Source: an uncultured Actinomycetota bacterium (GTDB lineage Bacteria; Actinomycetota; Actinomycetes; JACCUZ01). From it: a stretch of DNA of 64,000 nucleotides. The notes beneath the pieces were generated by a model. It did not search any database. It was not told the DNA's origin and was given only the letters and a program-made list of their open reading frames with translations. Of the stretch, positions 44,604 through 54,304 are shown one piece after another. The position numbers and the translations under genes were made by a program. The DNA lies in the NCBI GenBank assembly GCA_963728425.1, contig CAVSKC010000002.1, forward strand, positions 74,806 through 138,805, in the 5' to 3' direction. Position 1 is the stretch's first letter. Each line of letters starts with the position of its first letter.

Positions 44604-45770
44604 TCAGCTCAGGGCTGAGCCGGCCACCCAGTCTGTCCACGACACGTTCCACACGCCGCCCAGCCCGTTCCACGGCTCGGTCGAGCGCCCGGTGCCGGTC
44701 GTGACCACGGGGTCGCCCTCCTTGACCCGGTTGAACACCCAGCGGGCGCTCGACAGAGTCAGGTTGGTGCAGCCGTGCGAGTGGTTCCTGATGCCGACGT
44801 ACGGATTCCAGGGCGCCCCGTGCAGGAACTCCCCCGAGCTCGTGATCCGCATGGCGTACGGCACGTCCAGGTCGTACGCCTCCGAGCCGGTGATGCCCAC
44901 CGTCGTGGAGCGCATCCGGTAGGTGACGTGGGTGTCCATGATCACCTTGACCCCGGACCTGGTGGGGAACCCGGGCTTGCCCAGCGAGACGCCGAAGGTG
45001 CGGATCCGGTCACCGTCCTTGGTGACGGTCATCTTGTGCTTGGCGTTCGACACCCGCATCACGAAGGCGCGGCCGATCCGGAAGGCACCGTCGGTGTCCT
45101 GCATGCCCCACAGCCCCGGACCCGCGTGGACCTTGCGCAGGTCCGCGGTGACCGTCACCCCGGTGTGGGCCGGCCAGAACGTCCGCGGCCGGAACTGCAC
45201 GGTGCGCGACGACGTCCACGACCAGGACGCCGGGCCGATGGCCCGCGACGTCGTGACCTTCAGCGCTGCCTCGACGTCGGCCTTGCGGCGGACCGATTGG
45301 TTGAACGTCACGACGAGCGGCCGGCCGACGCCGACGGAGCGTCCGTTCGGGGAGATGGTGGCGCGCAGCACCTGGTCCGGCGCGCCGGTGCGGACCGTGA
45401 CGCTCATCGCGGACTGCTGGCCGTCGGGGCCGACCGCCACCGCCGCGAGCGCGTAGGTGGTACGGGGCACCAGGGTGCCGGTGCTCGTCCAGCGCGACGC
45501 CGTGAGCTCGCCGCGGAGCTGGCGTCCGTCCGGGGCGGTGAGGGTGACCGCCGTCAGGGTTCCGCCGGTGACGTTCACGACGACCGGCTTGTCCAGCGCC
45601 CACTCGGTCGCGCCGGCTGCGGGGCTGGCGAGCAGCGGGGCCGGTGTCGCGGTGGTCGCCGTGGCCGTGCCGCCGGCGGCCTGGGCAGCACCGGGGGCGA
45701 GGGCGGCGCCGCCGAGAGCAAGCAGGAGCATCGGCGCGACCAGGAGCGTCAGGGGGCGGCGAGCAAGCAC
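44604..45770 (-). CDS. L,D-transpeptidase (YkuD domain with N-terminal Ig-like domains)
   Basis: Track ORF 44604..45896 trimmed to the GTG at 45768-45770 (signal peptide LLVAPMLLLALGGAALAPGAAQA). The catalytic motif is SSGEFLHGAPWNPYVGIRNHSHGCTNL. Confidence 0.85.
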   Translation of the reverse strand: MLARRPLTLLVAPMLLLALGGAALAPGAAQAAGGTATATTATPAPLLASPAAGATEWALDKPVVVNVTGGTLTAVTLTAPDGRQLRGELTASRWTSTGTLVPRTTYALAAVAVGPDGQQSAMSVTVRTGAPDQVLRATISPNGRSVGVGRPLVVTFNQSVRRKADVEAALKVTTSRAIGPASWSWTSSRTVQFRPRTFWPAHTGVTVTADLRKVHAGPGLWGMQDTDGAFRIGRAFVMRVSNAKHKMTVTKDGDRIRTFGVSLGKPGFPTRSGVKVIMDTHVTYRMRSTTVGITGSEAYDLDVPYAMRITSSGEFLHGAPWNPYVGIRNHSHGCTNLTLSSARWVFNRVKEGDPVVTTGTGRSTEPWNGLGGVWNVSWTDWVAGSALS

Positions 45771-45951
45771 GGTGAGTGACTCCGGGTCTGGCGGGCGGTC
45801 AGCGGACGTTCGGTGCTGAACAGGACCGCCGGAAGCGGCGCACCTAGTCCCATTGTGCCCTGGACGGGGCCGGAGTCCGAAACCATGCGCCCCCACCCGG
45901 CGCGGCTAGCCTCGCCGGAGTGCCTCGACCTCGACCGGCTCGGGAGGGCTG

Positions 45952-46269
45952 ATGACCGACTTCACCGAGCTGCAGGAGCAGATGGAGCGCGCCTACGGCG
46001 AGCGGGACCGGGCCCGTGGCATCCCGGCCACCGTCGCCTGGCTGGCCGAGGAGATGGGCGAGCTGGCCAAGGCGGTGCGCAAGGGCAGCCGAGACGAGCA
46101 GGTGCACGAGCTCGGCGACGTGCTGGCCTGGCTGGCGTCGCTGGCCAACCAGCTCGGCCTGTCGTTCGAGGAGGCGGTGGCGCGCTATCGCGACGGGTGC
46201 CCGCGCTGCGGCTCGGTGCCGTGCGGGTGTCCCGGGACGACCGTGCGCTCCGGCATCGCATCGGGGTGA
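45952..46269 (+). CDS. MazG-type nucleotide pyrophosphohydrolase domain protein
   Basis: Track ORF. WLAEEMGELAKAVRKGSRDEQVHELGDVLAWLASLANQLGLSFEEAV, with a C-terminal CPRCGSVPCGC. Confidence 0.75.
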   Translation: MTDFTELQEQMERAYGERDRARGIPATVAWLAEEMGELAKAVRKGSRDEQVHELGDVLAWLASLANQLGLSFEEAVARYRDGCPRCGSVPCGCPGTTVRSGIASG

Positions 46270-46296
46270 GCCCTGAGGCTGCGACGTGATGGCACC

Positions 46297-49200
46297 ATGC
46301 GAACCGTGTTCATCACCCACCGGGCCCTCCACGGAGCCGCGCTGGCCCGCGGGCTGGCCGACGTGCTCGCCGTGCCGCCGGCCGACCCGTTCGCGGCCGA
46401 GGTCGTCGCGGTGCCGGCCAAAGGGGTGGAGCGCTGGATCGCGCAGCGCCTGTCGCATGTCCTCGGTACGTCGGTGGGAGACGGCGTCTGCGCGAACGTC
46501 TCCTTCCCGTGGCCGAGCTCGCTGGTCGACGAGGCGCTGGCCTCGTCGTCGGCCGAGCACGCCACGGCTGTCGAGCTGTGGGCGCCGGCCCGCGCGGTCT
46601 GGCCGCTGCTCGACGTCATCGACGCGTCGATCCCGTCCGAGCCGTGGGCCCGGTCGCTCGCGCAGCACCTCGGCACCGCTGCCGAGGACAAGGGACGACG
46701 GCTCTCCGTCGCCCGTCGACTGACGACGATGTACGACGAGTACGGGCAGTCCCGTCCGGAGATGCTGCGCGCCTGGGCCGCCGGCCGGGACGAGCAGGGT
46801 GACGGCAGCCCGCTCGACGACGACCTCGCCTGGCAGGCCGAGCTCTGGCGACGGCTGCGCGACAGACTCGGCACGCCGAGCCCGGCCGAGCTGCTCGAGG
46901 ACGCCTGCAGCCGGCTGCGGGACGAGCCGTCGCTGAGCGACCTGCCCGCGCGGCTCTCGGTGTTCGGCGCGAGCCGGCTCTCGCCAGCTCGGCTGCAAGT
47001 GCTGGCGACGTTGGCCGAGCACCGCGACGTGCACCTTTGGCTGCACCACTCCTCGCCCGCCTTGTGGGACACCGTGGCGGCAACGCCACCAGCCCTGCGC
47101 CGGAAGGACGACACCGCCCGCAGCCGGCTGAACAACCCGTTGCTCACCAGCCTGTCCCGCGACGTCCTCGAGCTACAGCAGCTCATCGCGCGCAGCGTAC
47201 GAGACAGCCAGACGATGTTGCACGAGTCGGGGCCGAACCCCGACACCCTGCTCGGCCGGCTCAAGCAGGACCTCGCCGACGACACCCTCCAGACCGACCC
47301 GCCGCCGCTGGCCGACATCGACCGCAGCGTCCAGGTGCACGCCTGCCACGGCCGCACCCGCCAGGTCGAGGTGCTCCGCGAGGTCATCGTCGGCCTGCTC
47401 GCCGACGACCCGACCCTCGAGCCGCGCGACGTGCTGGTCATGTGCCCGGACGTCGAGACCTTCGCGCCGATCGTCGCGGCCACCTTCGCGATCGGGGCGG
47501 AGGACGACGCCGCCCACCCCGCGGCCCGCTTGCGCGTCCGGCTGGCCGACCGGGCGTTGCGGCAGACCAACGCGCTGCTCGCCGTGCTGTCCCAGCTGCT
47601 CGAGCTCGGCACCGCCCGGCTCACCGCCAGCCAGGTGCTCGACCTGGCCGGCACTCCTGCGGTGCGGCAGCGGTTCGGGTTCGACGACGACGAGCTCGAG
47701 CGGCTGCGCGACTGGACGGTCGGAGCCGGCGTCCGCTGGGGCCTCGATGGCGAGCACCGCGCCACCTGGCAGCTCGGTGAGGTCGAGCAGGGCAGCTGGC
47801 GCGACGGGCTTGACCGGCTGCTGCTCGGCGCCACCATGGAGGGCGCGCTCGACAGCTGGGGCAACGTCGTACCCCTCGACGACGTCGACAGCTCTGACAT
47901 CGACCTGGCCGGCCGACTGGCCGAGCTGGTCGACCGGCTGGCCGCCGCCCAGCACCTGATGTCGACCAGGCACACCGCGCCGGACTGGATGACCGGGCTG
48001 GAGGACGCCGTCAGCGGGCTGGCCGCCACGACGTACGACACCGCCTGGCAGCTGTTGCAGCTGCGCGGCGAGCTCGGTGACATCGCCGAGGCCGCCGAGG
48101 GCAGCACCGCGCTGCTCAGCCTCGCCGACGTCCGCGCGCTGCTCGCGAGCAACCTGGCCGGACGGCCGACCCGGGCCAGCTTCCGCACCGGAACCCTCAC
48201 CGTCTGCACCCTGGTGCCGATGCGCTCGGTGCCGCACCGGGTGGTGTGCCTGCTCGGCCTCGACGACGGCGTCTTCCCCCGGCAGAGCAGCCACGACGGC
48301 GACGACGTGCTGGCCCGCGACCCGTGGGTCGGCGAACGCGACCCGCGCAGCGAGGACCGCCAGCTCTTTCTCGACGCCATCTGCGCCGCCGAGGACCATC
48401 TGGTCATCACCTACACCGGCGCCGACGAACGCACCGGCGCCCCCGTGCCGCCGGCCGTGCCGCTGGGCGAGCTGCTCGACGCGCTGGACCGCACGGCTGT
48501 TGCGCCATCTCCGTTGCGGGTCCGCGATCTCGTGACCAAACGCCACGCACTGCAGCCGTTCGACCCCCGCAACTTCTCGCCGTCGCACGGGCGGTCGTTC
48601 AGCTACGACCCTCTGTCGTACGCCGGTGCGCGTGCGGCCGCGGGACCACGGACCGAGCCGGCTCCGATGTTCGGCGGCCTGCTGCCGCCGTTTGTGGTCG
48701 GCGACGTCGACCTCGCCGACCTGCGGCGGCTGCTGACCCACCCGGCCCGAGGATTCCTCCGGCAGCGGCTCGGTGTGGCCGAGACCCGCGGCGAGGACGA
48801 GCCAGCCGACGCGCTGCCGGTCGAGCTGGACGCGCTCGAGCAGTGGGCCGTCGGCGAGCGGGTGCTGCATGAGCGACTGGGCGGCCTGGAGGTGGCTGAG
48901 TGCATCGAGCTCGAGCGGCACCGGGGCACGTTGCCGCCGGGTCCGCTCGGCGACACGACCCTGCGCGGCATCGGGCCGAAGGTCGAGAGCCTGCTGCAGG
49001 CCTCGACGCTGGAACGCGCGCTGCCGCCGGAGTCGCACGACGTGGATGTCTTGCTCGCCGACGGCAAGCGACTCACCGGCACCGTGGGTGACGCGCGAGG
49101 CAACACCTTGCTCTCGCTTACCTACTCGCGGCTGGCGGCTCGGCACCGGCTGCTGGTGTGGATCGACCTGGTGGCTCTGACGGTCGCGCAGCCGGATCGC

Positions 49201-49641
49201 GCGTGGCGGGCGGTCGCGGTCGGGCGGGGTCGCGGCAGCAAGGCGCAGCGCAGCGTCTTCGACCCGCTGCCCGCAGCCGAGGCGGCCGCTGCGCTGACCG
49301 AGCTGGTCGCGCTCCACCGGGCCGGGTTGCGCTCGCCGCTTCCGCTGCCGGTCAAGACCGCAGCCGCCTACGCCGACCGGCGCAACCACTCCGACACCCC
49401 GACCGCCCGGGAGGGCGCCGAGCGCGAGTGGCTCACCGACCGGTTCCCCGGCGAGCAGGAGGACGCCGAGCACGTGCTGCTCTACGGCGAGCGCGCGCCG
49501 CTGACCGTGCTCACCACCCAGCGCCCAGCAGACGGCGAGGGCGGCACCGGCTGGCACGCCGACGAGACGGACCGTTTCGGGCTGCTCGCCCGGCGCCTGT
49601 GGGGCCGGCTGCTCGACGCCGAGACGACGGTCCAGGTCTGA
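46297..49641 (+). CDS. recC: Exodeoxyribonuclease V gamma subunit
   Basis: Track ORF, 1114 aa, intact. It is collinear with actinobacterial RecC (VVAVPAKGVERWIAQRLS..., ...FRTGTLTVCTLVPMRSVPHRVVCLLGLDDGVFPR). Confidence 0.9.
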   Translation: MRTVFITHRALHGAALARGLADVLAVPPADPFAAEVVAVPAKGVERWIAQRLSHVLGTSVGDGVCANVSFPWPSSLVDEALASSSAEHATAVELWAPARAVWPLLDVIDASIPSEPWARSLAQHLGTAAEDKGRRLSVARRLTTMYDEYGQSRPEMLRAWAAGRDEQGDGSPLDDDLAWQAELWRRLRDRLGTPSPAELLEDACSRLRDEPSLSDLPARLSVFGASRLSPARLQVLATLAEHRDVHLWLHHSSPALWDTVAATPPALRRKDDTARSRLNNPLLTSLSRDVLELQQLIARSVRDSQTMLHESGPNPDTLLGRLKQDLADDTLQTDPPPLADIDRSVQVHACHGRTRQVEVLREVIVGLLADDPTLEPRDVLVMCPDVETFAPIVAATFAIGAEDDAAHPAARLRVRLADRALRQTNALLAVLSQLLELGTARLTASQVLDLAGTPAVRQRFGFDDDELERLRDWTVGAGVRWGLDGEHRATWQLGEVEQGSWRDGLDRLLLGATMEGALDSWGNVVPLDDVDSSDIDLAGRLAELVDRLAAAQHLMSTRHTAPDWMTGLEDAVSGLAATTYDTAWQLLQLRGELGDIAEAAEGSTALLSLADVRALLASNLAGRPTRASFRTGTLTVCTLVPMRSVPHRVVCLLGLDDGVFPRQSSHDGDDVLARDPWVGERDPRSEDRQLFLDAICAAEDHLVITYTGADERTGAPVPPAVPLGELLDALDRTAVAPSPLRVRDLVTKRHALQPFDPRNFSPSHGRSFSYDPLSYAGARAAAGPRTEPAPMFGGLLPPFVVGDVDLADLRRLLTHPARGFLRQRLGVAETRGEDEPADALPVELDALEQWAVGERVLHERLGGLEVAECIELERHRGTLPPGPLGDTTLRGIGPKVESLLQASTLERALPPESHDVDVLLADGKRLTGTVGDARGNTLLSLTYSRLAARHRLLVWIDLVALTVAQPDRAWRAVAVGRGRGSKAQRSVFDPLPAAEAAAALTELVALHRAGLRSPLPLPVKTAAAYADRRNHSDTPTAREGAEREWLTDRFPGEQEDAEHVLLYGERAPLTVLTTQRPADGEGGTGWHADETDRFGLLARRLWGRLLDAETTVQV

Positions 49642-49839
49642 GTTCGCCGGCGAGGTGACCCGGGCGGTGCCGTCTGCAAGGAGAAGCGCGAGGAGAGGCG
49701 CCGGTTCACGCTCGTGGGTCGGCGCCGCTCGACGTTTCTCCTTCGATACGGCACCACAACGGGCCGCATGTCTGACCTCGGGGCGGTGCAGACGTGGGGC
49801 GGTCTCAGCTCAGGGTGTGACGCAGGCGGCCGCACTCGG

Positions 49840-50361
49840 TCAGAGGCGGTACGTCGTCTGGCCGTGGTCGCCGCCGAAGACCATCACCTTGGCCGGCTCG
49901 ACCCGGTAGACCCAGGCGCCGCCCTCGGTGCTGCCGCCGGAGTGGCTGAGCTCGACGAACTCCTCGCCGCGCACCGCGAAGCGCCAGTCGTCGGCGTACT
50001 TGGCCGCCCAGGCGTCCGCCAGCGCCTGCAGGGCCTCGGCGTCGGTGACCCGCACCGCGGTGCCCTCGACGACGACGTCCTTGCCGGAGTTCCAGCCCTG
50101 GGCACCGGTGCTGCCGGTGGTCACCGCGACATGGGCGTTGCGCTCGAGGTTGCGGTGCTTCTGCTCGTCCGGCCCGGTGCAGAAGGCGAAGGCGCCGTCG
50201 TGCCAGACGCCGACGAGCGGCACCGCGTGCGGTCGGCCGTCCGCTCGGACGGTGACGATCCAGTAGAGCTGGGCGTCGGTGAGTAGTCGTTCGACGGCGT
50301 CCCACGCCGGGGCCGTCGCCGACGCGTCGCCATACCTCGGGTCGATGTGTCCTGTGGTCAT
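49840..50361 (-). CDS. Pyridoxamine 5'-phosphate oxidase family protein
   Basis: Track ORF. AQLYWIVTVRADGRPHAVPLVGVWHDGAFAFCTGPDEQKHRNLERNAHVAV. Confidence 0.75.
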   Translation of the reverse strand: MTTGHIDPRYGDASATAPAWDAVERLLTDAQLYWIVTVRADGRPHAVPLVGVWHDGAFAFCTGPDEQKHRNLERNAHVAVTTGSTGAQGWNSGKDVVVEGTAVRVTDAEALQALADAWAAKYADDWRFAVRGEEFVELSHSGGSTEGGAWVYRVEPAKVMVFGGDHGQTTYRL

Positions 50362-50441
50362 ACCCGTTCCGACTCCCCCAAGGCGCCGGACTCATCGGCG
50401 GCTAGGGTGGACGCCGAGCCGACGAGGCAGGGAGCAGCGCC

Positions 50442-50987
50442 ATGGGCCGGATCGTGTCGAACTTCTTCATCTCGCTCGACGGAGTCGTCGAGCGCCCCGA
50501 CCAGTGGCACTTCCCGTACTTCGACGACGCGATGGGCGAGATCGTCGGCGCGGGCATGGAGACGACCAGCGCCTTCCTGATGGGCCGGAAGCTGTACGGC
50601 GAGTGGTCCGACTACTGGCCCCAGCAGGGTCCTGAGGTGCCGTTCTCGGAGTTCATCAACGGCATCCCGAAGTACGTGGTGTCCACGACCCTGCAGGACG
50701 CGTCCTGGAACAACACCACCCTGGTCTCCGATGACGTCGCGGCCCAGCTCCACAAGATCAAGCAGAGCACCGACGGCGACATCGGCATGTCCGGTAGCGC
50801 CACGACCGTCCGGTGGCTGCTCGCCAACGGGCTGCTGGACGAGCTCGCACTGCTGGTGCACCCGATCGCGGTCGGCTCGGGCCAGCGGCTGTTCGAGGAC
50901 ACCCCCACCCAGCCGCTGACGCTGCTGCACTCGCAGACGCTAGACACCGGCGTACTGCACCTGCGGTACGCGCCGGCATCATCCTGA
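50442..50987 (+). CDS. Dihydrofolate reductase family (RibD C-terminal domain) protein
   Basis: Track ORF. MGRIVSNFFISLDGVVE...FLMGRKLYGEW...GDIGMSGSATTVRWLLANGLLDELALLVHPIAVGSGQRLF. Confidence 0.8.
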   Translation: MGRIVSNFFISLDGVVERPDQWHFPYFDDAMGEIVGAGMETTSAFLMGRKLYGEWSDYWPQQGPEVPFSEFINGIPKYVVSTTLQDASWNNTTLVSDDVAAQLHKIKQSTDGDIGMSGSATTVRWLLANGLLDELALLVHPIAVGSGQRLFEDTPTQPLTLLHSQTLDTGVLHLRYAPASS

Positions 50988-50992
50988 CCGAC

Positions 50993-53900
50993 GTGACGGC
51001 CCCCGAGCCGTTCGACCTGCTCGGGCCGCTACCCGAGGGCACCACGGTGCTGGAGGCCAGCGCCGGCACCGGCAAGACGTTCACCATTGCCAACCTGGTC
51101 GCGCGCTATGTCGCCGACGGGGTTGCGATGGAGGAGCTGCTCGTCGTCAGCTTCAGTCGCGAGTCGACCCGCGAGCTGCGGGAGCGGGTCCGCGAGCGGC
51201 TGGTCTCAGCACGCGACGGCTTGGCGGACCCAGCCACCATCCCCGACGACGACCTCGTCCTCGCACAGCTCGCCGACGCGGACCGGGAGCTCACCGACGT
51301 ACGGCGCAAGCTGCTCGAGGAGGCATTGACGGTCTTCGACGCCGCGACCGTCACAACGACGCACGGCTTCTGCCAGCAGGTACTGCTCGCCCTCGGCACC
51401 GCCGGCGACCACGACACCGGGGCGGTGCTCGTCGAGAGCATCGGCGACCTGGTGGCCGAGGTGGCCGACGACCTCTACCTGCGCAAGTGGGGCGCGGCGG
51501 GTTCCGAGCCGGCGGACATGACCCGGGCCGAGTTTCACGCGCTGGCGATGGCTGCGGCGACCGACCCGGCCACCGACCTGCTGCCGCCGACGACGACCGA
51601 CGGCATGCCCGGTCAGCGGGCCCGGATCGCCGCCGCGGTGCGCGCCGAGGTCGGCCGGCGCAAGCGGCGCCAGCAGCTCATCGACTACGACGACATGCTG
51701 CTCCGACTCAGGGACACCCTCACCGACGAGACCTCGGGTCCGATCGCGAAGGCCAGGCTGCGGGCGCGCTACCGGGTGGTGCTGGTCGACGAGTTCCAGG
51801 ACACCGACCCGGTGCAGTGGGCGATCCTGCGCGAGGCCTTCCACGGCCACCGCACCCTCGTGCTGATCGGCGACCCGAAGCAGGCCATCTACGGTTTCCG
51901 CGGCGCCGACGTGCACGCCTACCTCGAGGCGCGGACGTCGGCGCCGGTCGTGCGCACGCTGCCGACCAACCACCGCAGCGACCAGGCGTTGCTCGACGGG
52001 ATGGCCGCGGTCTTCGGTGGCGCGGCGCTCGGCGACGAGCGGATCCGGGTGCTGCCGGTCGAGGCCGCGCACGACGGGCGTCTCGTCGATGCGGCGGTGC
52101 CGTTGCAGCTTCGAGTAGTGCCGCGCGACGGACTCCCGGTCACCGGCAAGGGGCTCGCGACCGTCGGACCGGCCCGCGCCGCCGTCGTCCGCGACCTCGC
52201 CGACCGCGTCGTCGCACTGCTCTCCGGCAACACGCTGCTGCACCCCCGGGACGGCGCCGACGCGCGACCGGTCGAGCCGAAGGACGTCGCGGTGCTGGTG
52301 CGCACCAACACCCAGGCCGCGCTGGTGCAGGCGCAGCTTCAGGCCGCCGGCGTACCGGTCGTACTCACCGGCAAGACCTCCGTCTTCGCCACCCCCGCGG
52401 CCGCGGAGTGGCAGCGGCTGCTCGAAGCGCTGGAGCAGCCGCACCGCACCACCCGGGTACGCCGGGTAGCGCTGACCTGCTTCGTCGGGCTCGACGCGGC
52501 CGGGCTGGACGCGGCCGGTGACGCCTTCGCCGACGACCTGGCGCTGAAGCTGCGGATCTGGGGTGCGGTGCTCGAGGACCGCGGGGTAGCAGCGATGTTC
52601 GAGGCGGTGTCGCTCGACCAGGGGCTGCAGCCGCGGATCCTGAGCCTGGTCAACGGTGAGCGGCTGCTCACCGATCTGCGGCACATCGCCCAGGTGATGC
52701 ACGAGGCCACCTTGGAGGGACAGCTCGGGCTGACCGCCCTGCTGGTGTGGCTGCGGCGGCGCATCTCGGAGGCCGCCGGCGAGGGCGGTCAGGAGCGGAG
52801 CCGACGATTGGAGACCGACGCGGCCGCGGTGCAGATCATCACGGTGCACACCAGCAAGGGGCTGGAGTTCCCGGTCGTGCTGGTGCCGTTCGCGTGGGAC
52901 CACTTCGCCGGCCGCGACCCGTCGACAGCGGTCTTCCACGACGACCGCGACCACCGGGTGCGCGACGTCGGCGGGCCTGGGAGTCCCGACTGGGCCGGGC
53001 ACGTGCGCCAGCACAAGGCTGAGGAGACCGACGACGAGCTGCGTCTCACCTACGTCGCGCTCACTCGCGCCCAGTCGCACTTGCTGGTGTGGTGGGCGCC
53101 GACGACCAACACCCCGACGTCACCGCTGCACCGGCTGCTGCTGCACGACGGGCCCGACCTCGCGCCGCAGCTGGTGCCGGTGCCGACCGACGCCGACGCG
53201 CTGGCGGCGTTCCGGACGCGGGCCGCGGCGACCGTCGGCGGGATGGGTGTCGAGGTGGTGCGGGACCGGCCACCGTCGGTCTGGTCGCCGGCGGTTGGTG
53301 CCGTGCCGGCGCTGCAACTGGCAACGTTCGGCCGAGCGCTGGACACCGGCTGGCGGCGTACCTCCTACAGCGCGCTGACCTCGGCGGCGCACGACCAGCG
53401 GCTCGGCAGTGAGCCGGAGGTCGCGCAGAAGGACGACGAGGGCGACGTCGAGGAGGTGCCGGCTGTTGCTGCTGGCGGCGACGACGCGCTGCGCGAGGTG
53501 GTGTCGGCGTGGGACGCGATCCCCGGCGGCGCGGCCTTCGGCACCCTGGTGCACACCGTGCTCGAGGAGCTCGCCGACCCCTCGGATTCCGCCGCCGTAG
53601 CGGAGGTGGTGGCCGCGCAGGTGGCGCGATTCGCGCCCGGGCTCGACGCTGCGGCGCTGACCACCGGACTGCGGTCGGCGCTGGCCACCCCGCTGGGCGA
53701 CCTCACGGACGGGGGCGCGCTGACCGACGTACCGGCCAAGGATCGGTTGCCGGAGCTGGACTTCGAGCTGCCGCTGGCCGGGGGCGACGAAGCGACGACG
53801 GCGCGAGTGGTGCTCGCTGATCTGGTGCCGTTGTGGCGGGCGACGGTGCCGACCGGGCCGCTGTCGACCTACGCCGACGCGCTGGCCGGGCTGCCGGACG

Positions 53901-54304
53901 TGCCGCTGCGCGGCTACCTCACCGGCAGCATCGACGCGGTGCTGCGGGTCGGGTCGCCGGCGAGGTACCTGGTGGTCGACTACAAGACCAACCGGCTCGG
54001 CGGGTACGACGAGCCGCTGACGGCCTGGCACTACCGGTCGGCCGCGCTGGAGACCGCGATGATCGAGGCGCACTACCCGTTGCAGGCGGTGCTGTACGCC
54101 GTGGCGCTGCACCGCTACCTGCGGTGGCGGCAGCCGGAGTACGACCCGGACGTCCACCTCGGCGGCTGCCTGTACCTGTTCCTGCGCGGCATGCCCGGGC
54201 CGGGCGTGCTGGACGCAGTCGGTGCGGCGCCGGGCGTCTTCTCGTGGCGGCCACCGACCGGGCTGGTCGTCGGGCTGTCGGACCTGCTGGCGGGCCGGGC
54301 ATGA
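50993..54304 (+). CDS. recB: Exodeoxyribonuclease V beta subunit (helicase-nuclease)
   Basis: Track ORF 50813..54304 trimmed to the GTG at 50993. FDLLGPLPEGTTVLEASAGTGKTFTI, VLVDEFQDTDPVQW, and the C-terminal nuclease motif LTGSIDAV...LVVDYKTN. Confidence 0.9.
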   Translation: MTAPEPFDLLGPLPEGTTVLEASAGTGKTFTIANLVARYVADGVAMEELLVVSFSRESTRELRERVRERLVSARDGLADPATIPDDDLVLAQLADADRELTDVRRKLLEEALTVFDAATVTTTHGFCQQVLLALGTAGDHDTGAVLVESIGDLVAEVADDLYLRKWGAAGSEPADMTRAEFHALAMAAATDPATDLLPPTTTDGMPGQRARIAAAVRAEVGRRKRRQQLIDYDDMLLRLRDTLTDETSGPIAKARLRARYRVVLVDEFQDTDPVQWAILREAFHGHRTLVLIGDPKQAIYGFRGADVHAYLEARTSAPVVRTLPTNHRSDQALLDGMAAVFGGAALGDERIRVLPVEAAHDGRLVDAAVPLQLRVVPRDGLPVTGKGLATVGPARAAVVRDLADRVVALLSGNTLLHPRDGADARPVEPKDVAVLVRTNTQAALVQAQLQAAGVPVVLTGKTSVFATPAAAEWQRLLEALEQPHRTTRVRRVALTCFVGLDAAGLDAAGDAFADDLALKLRIWGAVLEDRGVAAMFEAVSLDQGLQPRILSLVNGERLLTDLRHIAQVMHEATLEGQLGLTALLVWLRRRISEAAGEGGQERSRRLETDAAAVQIITVHTSKGLEFPVVLVPFAWDHFAGRDPSTAVFHDDRDHRVRDVGGPGSPDWAGHVRQHKAEETDDELRLTYVALTRAQSHLLVWWAPTTNTPTSPLHRLLLHDGPDLAPQLVPVPTDADALAAFRTRAAATVGGMGVEVVRDRPPSVWSPAVGAVPALQLATFGRALDTGWRRTSYSALTSAAHDQRLGSEPEVAQKDDEGDVEEVPAVAAGGDDALREVVSAWDAIPGGAAFGTLVHTVLEELADPSDSAAVAEVVAAQVARFAPGLDAAALTTGLRSALATPLGDLTDGGALTDVPAKDRLPELDFELPLAGGDEATTARVVLADLVPLWRATVPTGPLSTYADALAGLPDVPLRGYLTGSIDAVLRVGSPARYLVVDYKTNRLGGYDEPLTAWHYRSAALETAMIEAHYPLQAVLYAVALHRYLRWRQPEYDPDVHLGGCLYLFLRGMPGPGVLDAVGAAPGVFSWRPPTGLVVGLSDLLAGRA